Shown: piece by piece, positions 1-10,570 of the stretch | How positions within the stretch are numbered: position 1 is the first letter of the stretch | Layout: every line of letters starts with the position of its first letter | Source: Anatilimnocola sp. | GTDB taxonomy: Bacteria > Planctomycetota > Planctomycetia > Pirellulales > Pirellulaceae | DNA: 25,030 bases | Reading direction: 5' to 3' | Assembly: GCA_031394445.1 (NCBI GenBank) | Contig: JANNTN010000590.1 | Span: forward strand, 1 to 25,030 | Program-made: the position numbers and the translations under genes | The notes under the pieces: generated by a model | What the model was told of the DNA's origin: nothing | The model's database searches: none | Seen by the model: only the letters and a program-made list of their open reading frames with translations

Positions 1-1
1 C

Positions 2-3000
2 AATACGGGCTTTAAGAAATGGGAGAAAGTTGCCCGGAATCTTGAGGCGGGGCGGATGCCGCCGAAGGAGGCCGAGCAGCCGACGGGAGAGCAACGCGAG
101 CAATTGGTCAAGCTGGTGCGCGGCGAGTTGAAGGCCGCGGCGGAGCAGAATGCGGGCGATCCAGGGAATGTAGTTTTGCGACGGCTGACGAGCGCGGAGT
201 ATGCGTATGCGATTCAGGATTTGACGGGGCTCGACTTGAATCTGGACCGGGAGTTTGTGAGTGATGCGGCGGGGGGCGAAGGCTTCACGAACGTTGGCAC
301 GGTGCAGTTTTTGGATGATTCGGGCTTGGAGCGATACCTGCAGGCCGCGAAGAAAGTTGCGGATCACGCAGTGATTGGTTCGGGGCCGCTGCAATTCTTC
401 AGCGATCCGGGGAAAACCGGGTTGGAGCTGTCGGCGATCAATCGCATTCGGCAAATCTACCGCGATTACGGTTTTCGCACGGCGGCAGGCGAAGGGGGCG
501 TGCCGTTTGGGCTCGATCGGTATCTGAAGGCTTTTTTTGCGGCGTGGCGGTACGAGCATCGCGCGGCCTTGGGGCTGAAGAATGCGTCGCTCGGGGTGTT
601 TGCCAAAGACGAAGGGCTGTCGCCGCGATTCGTTGAGCATGTGCATTCGGTTTTGACGTCGCAGTCGGTTTCGTTTCCGACGGCGGAGATTGTGGCGAGG
701 TGGCGGCAATTGCCGGTGCCCACGGTGGCAAATGATCGAGCGGATGAAGTGCGTGCGCAGTGCGATGAGCTGTATCGCTTCATGAGTGATTGGCAGGTGC
801 GACTGGCGCGGGCAGTGGGGGACGATGAGGAAGCACCGATCCTCTCTGAGAATACGATACAGGTACGGCAAAAGCATTCGTTCGTCGCGCGGTTCGCCTG
901 GATGGAGCCGCCGGCGAAGACGCGGGTGCAGTTTGCCGTGCTGTCGGGCGATCCGAGCCGGAATGTGGAGTCGGTGGTTGTGTGGAAGAATCCGCGGATG
1001 CGTTTTCGCCGGCTGAGTCGCCGCCGCGACGACGCGCAGCCGATCACGGATTTCCTCACGGCAGAAACTGTGAAGGCGTTTGCCTTTGGCCAGCATCCGC
1101 GTGGTGGGGAAATTGGCCCGCAAGATTTTGTAACCGTCGGATCCCAGTCGCGGATGTTCGACTTGGAAGTGCCCGAGGGAGCGCGGGGGCTGGAGGTTAT
1201 GGTCGATGTGGAATTGGATTTGACCCACGGCGAAGACTGCGTCGTGCGGGCGTCGATCATTGAAGGGGACGAACCGACGAAGGTGAAAACGAACTCGGCG
1301 CTGTTGGCCGATCCGAACGGTAAGCCGTTTGAGGATTGGAAGGCCGGGGTGATTCAATTCGCTCGGCTCTTGCCGCAGGTTTCGCAGCGCGAGGCGGCAC
1401 CGTCGGACCGCGACCCGATTCCGTTTCCGTTCGAGAACACCTACAACACGCCGGAGCGAAATTATTTTCACACGGCGGTCAAATATCACCGCGACGACGC
1501 GTTCCTGTACGAGTACTTGCTCGACAAGGCGGCGCGAACGCGGCTCGATCAGGCGTGGAGCGATCTGTTAGGGTCGTTTGAGTATCACGACATTTTGCTG
1601 CGGTTCACGGTGGAGAAGTACAAGGCCGATCTCGGAGGCCGGACGATTGCGAATCTCGACAAAGCGTGGCTCGATCATTTACCGCCGGACGCAGGGCAAT
1701 ATCTGCGGCGTTTGCACGACGATTATTCGAAGATCAAGAACGAAATTCATTTGGCTCAGCCGGGGCATGTGGTCGAAGCGTTACATTTTTTTGCCAGCCG
1801 GGCGTGGCGACGGCCGCTGACGGAGAATGAGAAATTGCGACTGGCGGAGTTTTATCAGGAACAGCGCGAGGAGCAGAAGCTCGATCATACGCAGGCGATG
1901 CGGGCATTGCTCACGCGAGTGCTGGTTGCGCCGGAGTTTTTGTATCGAGTGGAACGAGCGAGCGACGCGAAGACAACTGCGGCTTTGACGAACAACGAAC
2001 TGGCTAGTCGGCTGAGCTTTTTCATTTGGTCGTCGCTACCTGACGACGAACTGCGGCGAGCGGCATTGGCGGGAGAGTTGAGTGATCCGGCGCAACTGTC
2101 AAATCAGGTCCGCCGAATGTTGGCCGATCCGAAGGCCCGACGCTTCGCAACGGAGTTCTTTGGGCAGTGGCTCGGCTTCTATCAGTTTGACCGCTATCGG
2201 GGCGTCGATATTGAGAAATTTCCAGAGTTCAACGAGCGGCTGCGAGCGGCAATGTACGACGAGGCGATCAGTTTCTTTGAGCATGTGGTGCGTGCTGATC
2301 GACCGGTGCAGGAAATCTTGTTTGCGGATTACGCCTTTTTGAATGACGAGCTGGCGAAGCATTATGCGATCGAAAACGTGAGCTTGTCATCGGCCTCGTC
2401 TCGTGTTGAAAACACAGCGTCGAGCCACCGCGGCGGGCTGATGGGCTTAGGCGCGGTGCTGGCAGTAACATCCGCGCCGCTACGTACAAGCCCCGTCAAA
2501 CGCGGCGATTGGATTCTTCGCCGAGTGCTCGACACGCCCGTTCCCCCGCCGCCGGCCAACGCGGGCTCCATCGCCGCTGACGATTCGCCCGCCGACGGCA
2601 AGACGGTCCGCCAGCGGCTGGAGGCGCATCGCTCGGATGCGGCCTGCGTCAACTGCCACTCGCGCATCGATCCGTTAGGCTTTGCCCTGGAGCATTACGA
2701 CCCTCTCGGCCGCTGGCGCGAGACGTACCGCAATGGCGACACGATTGACGACGCGATTAAGTTCGGCAGCGGTCCGCCGATTGCCGGGCAAGAGGGGCTG
2801 CGCGTCTATTTGCGGGATCACCAGGATCAGTTTTATCGCACGTTGATTACCAAGCTGCTGGCTTATTCGTTAGGTCGCGGTGAGTTGGTATCGGATCGAG
2901 CGCTCGTCGAAATAATGTCGGCGAAAGTGCGAGCGGGCGAGGGAAATATTGCCGATTTGGTTGTCGAGATTGTGCAGAGTCGGCAGTTTCGGGAACGCAG

Positions 3001-3046
3001 TAATACAGGATATGAACTGAAGCAAGCAAAGGTAGCAAAGGAATGA
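2..3046 (+). CDS. PSD-family protein with DUF1587/DUF1595/DUF1592/DUF1588/DUF1585-type regions; 5' end lies outside the window
   Basis: The frame is open from nt 2 ([24 protein letters not shown] precedes the first Met at 56), so the N-terminal cytochrome-c-like module is upstream. Hallmark strings: [98 protein letters not shown]1552 partner gene follows 70 nt downstream. Confidence 0.85.
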   Translation, partial: NTGFKKWEKVARNLEAGRMPPKEAEQPTGEQREQLVKLVRGELKAAAEQNAGDPGNVVLRRLTSAEYAYAIQDLTGLDLNLDREFVSDAAGGEGFTNVGTVQFLDDSGLERYLQAAKKVADHAVIGSGPLQFFSDPGKTGLELSAINRIRQIYRDYGFRTAAGEGGVPFGLDRYLKAFFAAWRYEHRAALGLKNASLGVFAKDEGLSPRFVEHVHSVLTSQSVSFPTAEIVARWRQLPVPTVANDRADEVRAQCDELYRFMSDWQVRLARAVGDDEEAPILSENTIQVRQKHSFVARFAWMEPPAKTRVQFAVLSGDPSRNVESVVVWKNPRMRFRRLSRRRDDAQPITDFLTAETVKAFAFGQHPRGGEIGPQDFVTVGSQSRMFDLEVPEGARGLEVMVDVELDLTHGEDCVVRASIIEGDEPTKVKTNSALLADPNGKPFEDWKAGVIQFARLLPQVSQREAAPSDRDPIPFPFENTYNTPERNYFHTAVKYHRDDAFLYEYLLDKAARTRLDQAWSDLLGSFEYHDILLRFTVEKYKADLGGRTIANLDKAWLDHLPPDAGQYLRRLHDDYSKIKNEIHLAQPGHVVEALHFFASRAWRRPLTENEKLRLAEFYQEQREEQKLDHTQAMRALLTRVLVAPEFLYRVERASDAKTTAALTNNELASRLSFFIWSSLPDDELRRAALAGELSDPAQLSNQVRRMLADPKARRFATEFFGQWLGFYQFDRYRGVDIEKFPEFNERLRAAMYDEAISFFEHVVRADRPVQEILFADYAFLNDELAKHYAIENVSLSSASSRVENTASSHRGGLMGLGAVLAVTSAPLRTSPVKRGDWILRRVLDTPVPPPPANAGSIAADDSPADGKTVRQRLEAHRSDAACVNCHSRIDPLGFALEHYDPLGRWRETYRNGDTIDDAIKFGSGPPIAGQEGLRVYLRDHQDQFYRTLITKLLAYSLGRGELVSDRALVEIMSAKVRAGEGNIADLVVEIVQSRQFRERSNTGYELKQAKVAKE

Positions 3047-3116
3047 TTGCGTTTATCTGCTTAGCTTCCTTGGCTCCCTTCTGTTCAAGGGTTTGGTGAC
3101 TGGTGGAGGCTTTGAT

Positions 3117-4460
3117 ATGCAAGACGCGGTTGAACGCACAGTTGGCATTTCTCGGCGTAGCTTCCTGCGCGGGGCAAGCTTCGCGCTGACATTGCCCTGG
3201 CTGGAGTCGGTGCAGGCGGGCAATGCAGGGGCGGTGGAGGCCAATCGACCGCCGGTGCGGTTTGCCTGCATCTATTTTTCCAACGGCGTGGAGCCGATTC
3301 ATTGGTTTGCAAAAGGCGAGGGGAAGGAGATGGAGATTGGGCCGGGATTGGCCCCGATGGAGCCGTACCGCGAGGACATGGTGTTCTTGAAGGGGCTGTT
3401 TAACGAGGAAGCTGTTAAGCACAAGAGCGCGCACCTGGGCCGGATCCCGAACTTGCTTTCCGGGGCGTGGGTCAGCACCGATCAAAACGAAATCCGCTGT
3501 GGCAAAACGATGGATCAGGTGCTGGCCGAAACGGTCGGCAAGCAGACGGCGCTGACTAGCTTGGTGCTCGGTGTGGAACCAACGGAATTGCGCCTGGAAG
3601 ACGGCCTGTCGATGATTTACGGCTCGTGTATCTCTTGGACGAGCCCGACGAAGCCGGCGACGAAAGAGATTTATCCCGCGCGGGCTTTCGACGCGATTGT
3701 CGGAGGCGGCGACCGGCGGCTCGATCGCAGTGTGCTCGATCAACTCACCGAAGACGCCCGCCGGCTCAAACGCCAAATCAGCGACTCGGACCAAACCAAG
3801 CTCGACGAATATCTCGAATCGATTCGCAGCATCGAGCGGCGGATCGACGCCGCGACGAAGGACGAGCGGCTAGAGGGCTGGCGGCCCACGCTGGCTCAGC
3901 CGAATATGCCGCGGCCGAAGGACGATCTGCCGCAAAACGTACCGGAGCACATGCGGCTGATGCTCGATCTGATCGTGCTGGCGTTTCAAATGGACAAAAC
4001 GCGCATCGCGACATGCATGCTCAACAATGACCTCTCACAGATGAACTTTGGCTTCATCAACGGCGTGCAAGGTGCCCTGCATCTCGACCTGACGCACAAC
4101 GGCCGCGAGCCCGATCGTGAAGCCATGTATCTGAAGACCAACCAATACCACGTCGAGCAACTCGCCTACCTCATCAAGCGGCTCAAGTCGATCGACGAAG
4201 GGGGCCAATCGCTTCTCGACAACTCCCTCCTCATGTTCTGCTCCAACCTCTTCGACGGCGACCGGCACCAAGCCGACGAAATGCCCATCCTCCTCGCCGG
4301 CCGCGGCGGCGGCACCCTCCAAACCGGCCGCGTCCTCGACTACCGCGACCGTGGCGACGAAAACCGGCGGGCCTGCAGTTTGTATTTGTCACTCATGGAG
4401 CGGATGGGGGTTCCCCTCAAACAATTCGGCGATGCTGATAAGGCGCTTGCCGATTTGTAA
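3117..4460 (+). CDS. DUF1552 domain protein with twin-arginine-like signal; partner of the upstream DUF1592 protein
   Basis: ATG at 3117 is preceded by GGAGG (3105-3109). TAT-like N-terminus: [17 protein letters not shown]. The long ORF has coding-like composition. Adjacency to a DUF1592 gene is the canonical planctomycete pairing. The GTG at 3093 in the ORF track is less likely to be the start. Confidence 0.85.
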   Translation: MQDAVERTVGISRRSFLRGASFALTLPWLESVQAGNAGAVEANRPPVRFACIYFSNGVEPIHWFAKGEGKEMEIGPGLAPMEPYREDMVFLKGLFNEEAVKHKSAHLGRIPNLLSGAWVSTDQNEIRCGKTMDQVLAETVGKQTALTSLVLGVEPTELRLEDGLSMIYGSCISWTSPTKPATKEIYPARAFDAIVGGGDRRLDRSVLDQLTEDARRLKRQISDSDQTKLDEYLESIRSIERRIDAATKDERLEGWRPTLAQPNMPRPKDDLPQNVPEHMRLMLDLIVLAFQMDKTRIATCMLNNDLSQMNFGFINGVQGALHLDLTHNGREPDREAMYLKTNQYHVEQLAYLIKRLKSIDEGGQSLLDNSLLMFCSNLFDGDRHQADEMPILLAGRGGGTLQTGRVLDYRDRGDENRRACSLYLSLMERMGVPLKQFGDADKALADL

Positions 4461-4461
4461 G

Positions 4462-4776
4462 ATGCCCACGCTCTTGAAATATCGCCTCACTGCTCCGCCG
4501 GATGCGTTTGACATTCCGGGCAAGCCGCGGGAGCAGGCGTTTGTGTTCATGACGGCCGACCACGCCGCGGATGATTCGCTGATTGAATATGAGGGTTCGG
4601 AGCGACTCGTTAATCAAATTCGCGAGCGAGTGCTCCGCAGCTATGGGTTTCGAGCCAGGCTGATCGACGAATACACCAGCCCGCGCGATCTGGCCAACGC
4701 GATGTACGGCCGGTTGCTCAAACCGTATGAACCGGAACTGTTGGAAGGGCAGGCTCTGTTTTCGACTGACGAATAG
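4462..4776 (+). CDS. hypothetical protein (104 aa), probably translationally coupled to the DUF1552 gene
   Basis: ATG at 4462 lies 1 nt after the TAA of the upstream gene (tgTAAgATG). The longer track ORF from 4351 overlaps the DUF1552 C-terminus and is unlikely. I recognise no family motif. Confidence 0.45.
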   Translation: MPTLLKYRLTAPPDAFDIPGKPREQAFVFMTADHAADDSLIEYEGSERLVNQIRERVLRSYGFRARLIDEYTSPRDLANAMYGRLLKPYEPELLEGQALFSTDE

Positions 4777-4802
4777 GTCGTTGTCACGCTTGCGGGATTT
4801 CA

Positions 4803-4949
4803 AGTGTGGCCCCGTTGGGGGCAGCAGGTGATTCGTGTAACGGGTACAGCATTGAGTGACTTGGGCCGAAGGCCCTACACTCGATAGCCCAGGCCAACGG
4901 CCTGGGTGCTGTGTCGCACATCATTTCTACACAAGGCCCAACGGGCCGT
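4803..4949. repeat. Cluster of GC-rich REP-like hairpins upstream of the RAYT gene
   Basis: Hairpins are gcccc-gttg-ggggc (4809-4822), gggcc-gaa-ggccc (4863-4875), cccaggcc-aac-ggcctggg (4888-4906) and ggccc-aac-gggcc (4935-4947). Segment 4932-4949 is the exact reverse complement of 5434-5451. Confidence 0.8.
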
Positions 4950-4969
4950 AACGCCGTTGATTCGCCAAC

Positions 4970-5425
4970 ATGCCTCAATCATTATCTAACGTCCTGATCC
5001 ATCTCGTCTTCAGCACCAAGCATCGGCATCCGTTCCTAAAAAGGCGAGAACTACGTGATGTGATGACCGGCTATCTGATCGGAACGTTGGAGAATTTGAA
5101 GTGTCCCTCGCTACAGGTTGGCGTCGTGGAAGATCATGTTCATATTCTCTGCAACCTGCATCGCACGATCGCCATTGCAAAGCTTGTCGAAGAGATCAAG
5201 ACGAGTTCGTCGGTCCGAATTAAAGAGGAGGGGCCCGAGTTGCATGATTTTCATTGGCAAAATGGATACGGCGTGTTTTCGGTGAGCCAGTCGAACGCCC
5301 CAACGGTTAAGGCCTATGTGGCCAACCAGGAAGAACATCACCGCAGAATGACATTTCAGGATGAATACCGAGCGATGTTAAATCGGCATGGCATCGAGTT
5401 TGACGAACGGTATGTCTGGGATTGA
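4970..5425 (+). CDS. IS200/IS605-like Y1 (HUH) transposase of the REP-associated tyrosine transposase (RAYT) type
   Basis: The product is 151 aa with an HUH motif in VEDHVHILC and a Tyr-containing motif WQNGYGVFSVS. The N-terminal LIHLVFSTKHR and C-terminal YVANQEEHH are typical of this family. It is a single gene with no tnpB, flanked by inverted palindromic repeats. Confidence 0.85.
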   Translation: MPQSLSNVLIHLVFSTKHRHPFLKRRELRDVMTGYLIGTLENLKCPSLQVGVVEDHVHILCNLHRTIAIAKLVEEIKTSSSVRIKEEGPELHDFHWQNGYGVFSVSQSNAPTVKAYVANQEEHHRRMTFQDEYRAMLNRHGIEFDERYVWD

Positions 5426-5433
5426 ATCGAGTC

Positions 5434-5522
5434 ACGGCCCGTTGGGCCTTGAGGCGAAGGTTTTGTTGCGTCGTTGACCCAGGGCGTTGCCCTGGGCTTT
5501 CGAGTGTGGCCCCTTTGGGGCC
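5434..5522. repeat. Cluster of GC-rich REP-like hairpins downstream of the RAYT gene
   Basis: Hairpins are ggccc-gtt-gggcc (5436-5448) and cccagggc-gtt-gccctggg (5478-5496). A direct copy of the upstream agtgtggcccc... unit lies at 5503-5522 (compare 4803-4822). Confidence 0.8.
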
Positions 5523-5538
5523 GAGAGCAGTACGTCGC

Positions 5539-6393
5539 CTACCGGCGTGCGAACATCTGGACACGCTTGCCGTTGACTTCGCAAACGTAGAGCGTGCCTT
5601 TGGAATTGACGGCCATGAAGTGGGGCAACAACAAAGTTTCGGGAGTGCCCCAACTGGCGATGATTTTGCCGTCGTTCAGATTGACGTGATAAATCTTGTG
5701 CACGTCGCCTTCGGCGGAAAGCAACTCGTTGCCAACGACGAGGAGGCCGAAGGGATTGCCGAAACCGTCCCAGGTGGCGAGGTGCTTGCCGGCGGTGTCG
5801 AAAACTTGCACGCGCTTGTTACCGCGGTCGCCAACGAAGATGCGGTCTTGCTTGTCGATCGCAAGATCATGAGCGGTGGCGAACTGGCCGTTTTCCTTCC
5901 CCTTCTTGCCCCACTCGGAGACATACGCCCCTTCGGCAGAGAGCTTGGCGATACGGCCATTGCCGCTGTCGGCGACGTACATATTGCCTTGCGAGTCGAA
6001 CACCACGTCGTCGGGGGCGCGAAAGCCGTCTTTGCCGGCGGCCGGTTTGCCTTCGGTGCCGAGCGTAGAGAGCAGGCGGCCTTCACTATTGAACTTGCGT
6101 AGTACATGATTGCCGTTGTCGGTCGTCCAAATGTTCCCATTGCGATCGAGACGCAGTCCGTGGGGCACTTTGAATAGCCCCGTGCCCCAGCCGCGAATGT
6201 ATTTGCCTTCGCTATCAAAAGCGACAATCGGCGGCTCACCGCGATGCAGGACGTAGATATTGTCCTTGGAATCGATATCGACCGCAGACATCGCGCCGAC
6301 TTCGACCTCCGCCGGAAATTTTATAAAGCCGGTGGATGTGTAAGGGTCGGCTGCCAACGCGGCGGCCAGAATCGCGAGGGTGACAGAATTCAT
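5539..6393 (-). CDS. Secreted NHL-repeat beta-propeller protein
   Basis: Signal-like N-terminus MNSVTLAILAAALAA. Repeated NHL-type units: IYVLHRG, GNIWTTDNGNHVLRKF, GNMYVADSGNGRIAKL, RIFVGDRGNKRVQVF, TLYVCEVNGKRVQMF. The start overlaps the stop of the upstream gene (TAATG at 6391-6395). Confidence 0.85.
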   Translation of the reverse strand: MNSVTLAILAAALAADPYTSTGFIKFPAEVEVGAMSAVDIDSKDNIYVLHRGEPPIVAFDSEGKYIRGWGTGLFKVPHGLRLDRNGNIWTTDNGNHVLRKFNSEGRLLSTLGTEGKPAAGKDGFRAPDDVVFDSQGNMYVADSGNGRIAKLSAEGAYVSEWGKKGKENGQFATAHDLAIDKQDRIFVGDRGNKRVQVFDTAGKHLATWDGFGNPFGLLVVGNELLSAEGDVHKIYHVNLNDGKIIASWGTPETLLLPHFMAVNSKGTLYVCEVNGKRVQMFARR

Positions 6394-7514
6394 TATTTGG
6401 GCTCCTTGGGCACATCGATCCAGCGGCGCTCGTCATGAGACTTTAGCACACTGTCGGCAACGACTTGCGAGTTGAGGCCGTCGTAAAAGCTGGGAATGGC
6501 TTCGCGCTGTTCGCAAATCGCGCTGACAAATTCCCACACGAGATCGTAGCGGAAGACGGTAGCCGGTTTGCCTTCGCTGGGATTACGCGGGCTGTCTTGC
6601 GGCTTAAGAAATTCGGCCGGCACATCGACAGGGGCGAGATCCTGGCCCGTTTTGCCGACCATGATTTGATTGGGCATGTGCAGGCGATAGACGGCGGTCC
6701 CTTCGGAGCCGTTAATCTCGGCCCATTCGTGGCCAAAGCCGTCGAAGCCGTAGCCCTTGGCGAGCGTGGTCCCTTCCCAGACTCCGGTCGCGCCGCTCGC
6801 GAATTCGCCGATCAAGCTCGACCAATCATCGACTTCGCTGGGAGCGCACTCCTTGCCGTCCACCGTTTTTGTGCGCGGGGCAAAGCGGGCCGTCGCTCCG
6901 CAGATGCTCTTGATCGGTCCCATCAGGTCCATCGCAAAATCGATACGGTGAATCGTCATATCGAACAGATCCCCCGCGCCAGCCGTATTTTTATATTGAC
7001 GCCAGCCCCAACTGGTTTCCGGCCAATCGAGAAATCGCTGGCTGCGAAAATGACGTAAGTCGCCAAGTGCTCCGCTGGTTGCCAGATGCCGCATGTAACG
7101 CATCGACGGGGCGAAGCGATACGTAAACGCCGTCATGTGAACGACCTTGGCATCGCGGCACGCGTGGTACATGTCGCGCACTTCGCCGGCGTTCAGGCCC
7201 AGCGGCTTTTCGCACATCACATGCTTGCCGTGCTTGGCCGCGGCGAGCGTGATAGGCCGGTGCGTAAAATTCGGTGTGGCGATGATCACGGCGTCAATGT
7301 TGGGATCGGCGCAGATGGTTTCGTAGTCGGTCGTGATGTTGTCGCAGGACCAATCGGTGCGGCGCTTTTCGGCCAGCTCGCGGCTGTTGTCGCAAACGCC
7401 GCCCAAGCGCGCGCGGGGATCGATGCGGATCGCGGGGACGTGGTGATAATCGCTGACCGCGCCGGCACCAATGATGGCGATGCGGACAGGGTTATCGACT
7501 GAGTGCTTCGGCAT
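6393..7514 (-). CDS. Gfo/Idh/MocA family NAD(P)-dependent oxidoreductase
   Basis: Rossmann N-terminus VRIAIIGAGAVSDYHHVPA. EKP motif in HVMCEKPLG. ATG at 7514 is preferred over the TTG at 7556 given in the ORF track. Forms an operon with the NHL gene through a 1-nt overlap. Confidence 0.85.
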   Translation of the reverse strand: MPKHSVDNPVRIAIIGAGAVSDYHHVPAIRIDPRARLGGVCDNSRELAEKRRTDWSCDNITTDYETICADPNIDAVIIATPNFTHRPITLAAAKHGKHVMCEKPLGLNAGEVRDMYHACRDAKVVHMTAFTYRFAPSMRYMRHLATSGALGDLRHFRSQRFLDWPETSWGWRQYKNTAGAGDLFDMTIHRIDFAMDLMGPIKSICGATARFAPRTKTVDGKECAPSEVDDWSSLIGEFASGATGVWEGTTLAKGYGFDGFGHEWAEINGSEGTAVYRLHMPNQIMVGKTGQDLAPVDVPAEFLKPQDSPRNPSEGKPATVFRYDLVWEFVSAICEQREAIPSFYDGLNSQVVADSVLKSHDERRWIDVPKEPK

Positions 7515-7834
7515 AAGGAAAAGTCGAATGAGAGGATCGCGGGAGTGTCGGAGCAACAGTTTCGCAAATCGCCGGTCAGAGGCCAGCGGGCTTATTTATT
7601 TGGCGAAAGGTGGCGGCCAAGATTGGAAGAAAATCGAACGAAAGCCAGCCAAATGCGTGTTTTCTTACCAAAATTTGAGGCGAAAAGGGGGCCAAAATGA
7701 AATTTTGCAGTAACCCCCCGACAGAGGGTGTTCTGGTGTTCAGAGACCCGATACATTGATTTGACCTAGCCGACTCGAAGGGATGGAATCGAGGCGGCTA
7801 AGTGGCTTGGACCTCCAACACTGAATTGTGATTT

Positions 7835-8608
7835 ATGTGCCTTTTGGCTGTGCAGTATAAGAGTGTTCCCGAAGCACCAATTTTGGTGGCCGCGAATCGG
7901 GAAGAAGAATATGAGCGGGGCTCGTTGGTGCCTTCGATTCAGCCCGGCAAGCCGCGAGTGCTGTCTGGCATCGATACGCGAGCCGGCGGAACCTGGCTGG
8001 GCGTGAATCAAGCCGGCTTGTTCGTCGGTGCGGCGAACCGCCCGCGACTGATTGTGCCAGCGGCGCCAAAGTCGCGTGGCTTATTGTGCCGCGACTTGCT
8101 GCGGGCCAATTCGGCTCGGCATGCGGTCGATATGGCGATGGAAGAGTTGACGGCCAACAAATACGACGGCGTCAACTTCATCATTGCGGACTACGAATCG
8201 GGCTGGGCCGTGCATGGCGGCGATGATCCGCACGTGGTTGAGTTGGTCGAAGGGTTGAACATCATCAGCAGCTTCGATTTGAACGATATGCGGGACGAAC
8301 GCCAGAAGTTGGCTCGCCGGCTGTTGACGCTGCAGATGCTCGATTCGGCGGTGAAGTTTTTGGCCGTGTCGAGCAAGGCCTTTGCCCGTCCGCCAGCCGC
8401 GCCCGATCGACCGGGCATGGTTGTGCGTGGCAAAGAGCGGGGCACGGTTAGCTCAACGCTGATCGCGCTGGGCAAAAAACCGCGCGATGCGATTTTTCAA
8501 TACGCCAATGGCTCGCCGGAGACGGCGCGGTACGAAGATTACTCGCCGCTGTTGCGCGATATTCTCAGCCGTGGGTTGCGGGAATCGCGAACGAAGGTGA
8601 AGGCGTAG
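7835..8608 (+). CDS. NRDE-family (DUF833 / TANGO2-like) protein
   Basis: N-terminal MC... followed by VAANREEEYER (the NRDE-motif position), then GGTWLGVN. The length of about 257 aa is typical of the family. Confidence 0.7.
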   Translation: MCLLAVQYKSVPEAPILVAANREEEYERGSLVPSIQPGKPRVLSGIDTRAGGTWLGVNQAGLFVGAANRPRLIVPAAPKSRGLLCRDLLRANSARHAVDMAMEELTANKYDGVNFIIADYESGWAVHGGDDPHVVELVEGLNIISSFDLNDMRDERQKLARRLLTLQMLDSAVKFLAVSSKAFARPPAAPDRPGMVVRGKERGTVSSTLIALGKKPRDAIFQYANGSPETARYEDYSPLLRDILSRGLRESRTKVKA

Positions 8609-8767
8609 TAGGTAACGTGAGCGGTGAGTGTCAATAGCACCTATCGCTACTCACTTCCCTCTTCAAGACTTATCCCATCAAGAAACAACGAGCGGCGAGA
8701 AGCTTTGTGCGAAAGCATCTCGCCGCTGGTTCGCTTGCTGTGGGTCGAAAGAAGCGTGAGCGGGTTA

Positions 8768-9136
8768 TTACGCCTGAATCTCTTGGGCGGGCGTGGCCAG
8801 AACTGACTCGGCTGATTCCGAGTTGGCAGCGGTCGGCGAAATGCGAACGTAACCGAGGCCGCGAACGACTTCGAGAATTTCGCTGCAGGTGGGGAACATG
8901 CGGCCGTTGGCGCGTTTGTAGGATTCGAGGGCCTGCATGAACAGGATCTCCTCGTCGTTGTATTCTCGCTCGCAGGTGGTGGGGTCGATCTGGCGGCGGC
9001 GCTGAACCTTTTCGCGGCGTTCTTGGCCACGGCGCTCGACGGCAATGGGTTTGCTGTCCTTTCTGCGGTCATCTGCGCGGCGATCCGACTTGGCACGCCG
9101 TTCGAGATCAGCTTCAACCGTTTGATTCTTAGCCAT
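8768..9136 (-). CDS. hypothetical small protein with a highly basic Arg/Asp/Glu-rich N-terminus and a compact C-terminal domain
   Basis: ATG at 9136 (MAKNQTVEADLERR...). The longer track ORF from 9280 adds a low-quality N-terminal extension. The C-terminal part is EILFMQALESYKRANGRMFPTCSEILEVVRGLGY. No family assigned. Confidence 0.5.
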   Translation of the reverse strand: MAKNQTVEADLERRAKSDRRADDRRKDSKPIAVERRGQERREKVQRRRQIDPTTCEREYNDEEILFMQALESYKRANGRMFPTCSEILEVVRGLGYVRISPTAANSESAESVLATPAQEIQA

Positions 9137-9346
9137 GTGCCACCTTGGGAATGCTCGTAAGGGGAAGGGATTGGCGAGACTTTGCCGGCGACGAAAGGTT
9201 TCATCGTCTCGCCGGTCAGCGAATTTCGACCGGTTGGGTAAAATGTACGGCTGTGCTAAAGAGTAGGGATAAACGGGCACTTTGACGGCGTTCTGATTAC
9301 GGTCGTGCCGGTTATGACGCCCCGATTCCTGACCACTGCCCCTCTT

Positions 9347-10570
9347 TCACTCGGCCACTACCTCAAAACGCCGAACATCCAGCACGTTCCGCCCCGATTT
9401 TTGGTAAGGCCGTGGTTCCGGCTGAGCGAAGCCGTTGAGATCGACGGAGCGGGCCCGCAACTCGTATTTGCCGGGGGCGAGGTTTTTGGCAGTGAGCGAC
9501 CAACCCACGACACTATAGGACAGCGGCCACGACTTGGGTTTTCCATTTTGAGGATCGAAGCCAAAAACGTCCGCGGCTCGCACATCTTCTGGAAGCGAGT
9601 TGGCCCAATTGGTCGGCGCGGCGTCGAGAGTTGCCGAGGTCCATTCGGCCGATTGCCAGGCGGGATCGTCGTCGCGCAAATTGCCCATGCCGGCGGGTCG
9701 AATCCAGCATTCGACGCGTTCCAAACCCGACAGGCCACACATGACGTTGCCGGTGATCCTGAGAGGCTGCTCGGCTTTGACCTTCTCGGGAACATTGTCC
9801 AAGTAGGCGGCCGTCTTCATGCGCGATTCGGGATCGTTGTTTTGCTCCGCATAGGTGTCGTTGATTTGGTAGTCGCTGGTTAGCACGATGTTTTGCAGCC
9901 ACTTGATGTTTTTGAAGCCGTAAGCCCACGGCACGACCATGCGAACGGGGCCGCCGCGCTGGAGCGGGAGCGGCTCGCCGTTGAGCCGAAAGGCGAGAAA
10001 TGGTGGCGGCTCGCCGGGCGGGCTTTCCATCACTTGCGTGTAGCTGAGCGAGGAGCGAAACATGGGGCCAGTTCCGCGGTGGCCCCAGTAATAGATGCGG
10101 CGGATGTCGGCGAATTTTCCGGTAAGTGCCAGAACATCGCGGAGCAGCACACCTTCCCACAATCCCTGGCCCAGCGGCTGCGAAATATTTAGGCACTGCA
10201 TCCCCTTGAGCACGCGAACGGTTTTCTTTTTTGCCAATTCGTGCAAGGTGTCTAATGTGATCGGAGTGCCTGCGGCGGCGGTGCGGGCCTCCGGAACGAT
10301 AGCCTTGGCCTCGCCGGCGATATCGAGTTGCCAGGTTTCGGGCGTGAGCTTCGCCTCGGCCAGTTGCGCCTCGCTCAGCGTCGATGGATGCGGCTTGGCC
10401 CGGCTGACATCGCGAAAGTCCTTGGCGTTCGTCAACAGTGGGCGGGCGGGTGCTGGCGGATCTGGATTTGGTCCTGCTTGTGCAGACACGGAACGCGTTT
10501 TGACCGCGCTGAGCGCCCCGATGGCGACGCCAACACCTGTTTTTAGCGCGGTCCGACGATTAAGGGTCAT
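9347..10570 (-). CDS. TAT-exported molybdopterin-dependent oxidoreductase (sulfite-oxidase fold)
   Basis: Twin-arginine signal MTLNRRTALKTGVGVAIGAL. Candidate Mo-ligand Cys in KGMQCLNISQPLGQGLWEGVLLRDVL. GGPVRMVVPWAYGFKNIKWL is typical of the Oxidored_molyb domain. The C-terminal part resembles a beta-sandwich dimerisation domain. Confidence 0.75.
   Translation of the reverse strand: MTLNRRTALKTGVGVAIGALSAVKTRSVSAQAGPNPDPPAPARPLLTNAKDFRDVSRAKPHPSTLSEAQLAEAKLTPETWQLDIAGEAKAIVPEARTAAAGTPITLDTLHELAKKKTVRVLKGMQCLNISQPLGQGLWEGVLLRDVLALTGKFADIRRIYYWGHRGTGPMFRSSLSYTQVMESPPGEPPPFLAFRLNGEPLPLQRGGPVRMVVPWAYGFKNIKWLQNIVLTSDYQINDTYAEQNNDPESRMKTAAYLDNVPEKVKAEQPLRITGNVMCGLSGLERVECWIRPAGMGNLRDDDPAWQSAEWTSATLDAAPTNWANSLPEDVRAADVFGFDPQNGKPKSWPLSYSVVGWSLTAKNLAPGKYELRARSVDLNGFAQPEPRPYQKSGRNVLDVRRFEVVAE

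Noticed and set aside
4351-4461. Upstream part of the 141-aa track ORF that overlaps the DUF1552 C-terminus.
   Set aside because: It overlaps a well-supported gene in another frame. The ATG at 4462, immediately after the upstream stop, is the plausible start.
4803-5522. Possibility that the repeated hairpins form a CRISPR array, here and at 16654-16772, 22645-22725 and 24225-24271.
   Set aside because: There is no regular repeat-spacer periodicity. The units are short palindromes in mixed orientation with variable spacing, and no cas genes are adjacent. Cas4-like similarity exists only within the fusion protein.
9137-9280. Long form of the small basic protein starting at 9280 (MPVYPYSLAQPY...).
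   Set aside because: The extension covers the structured leader region and has atypical composition. The internal ATG at 9136 begins the conserved-looking, highly charged N-terminus.
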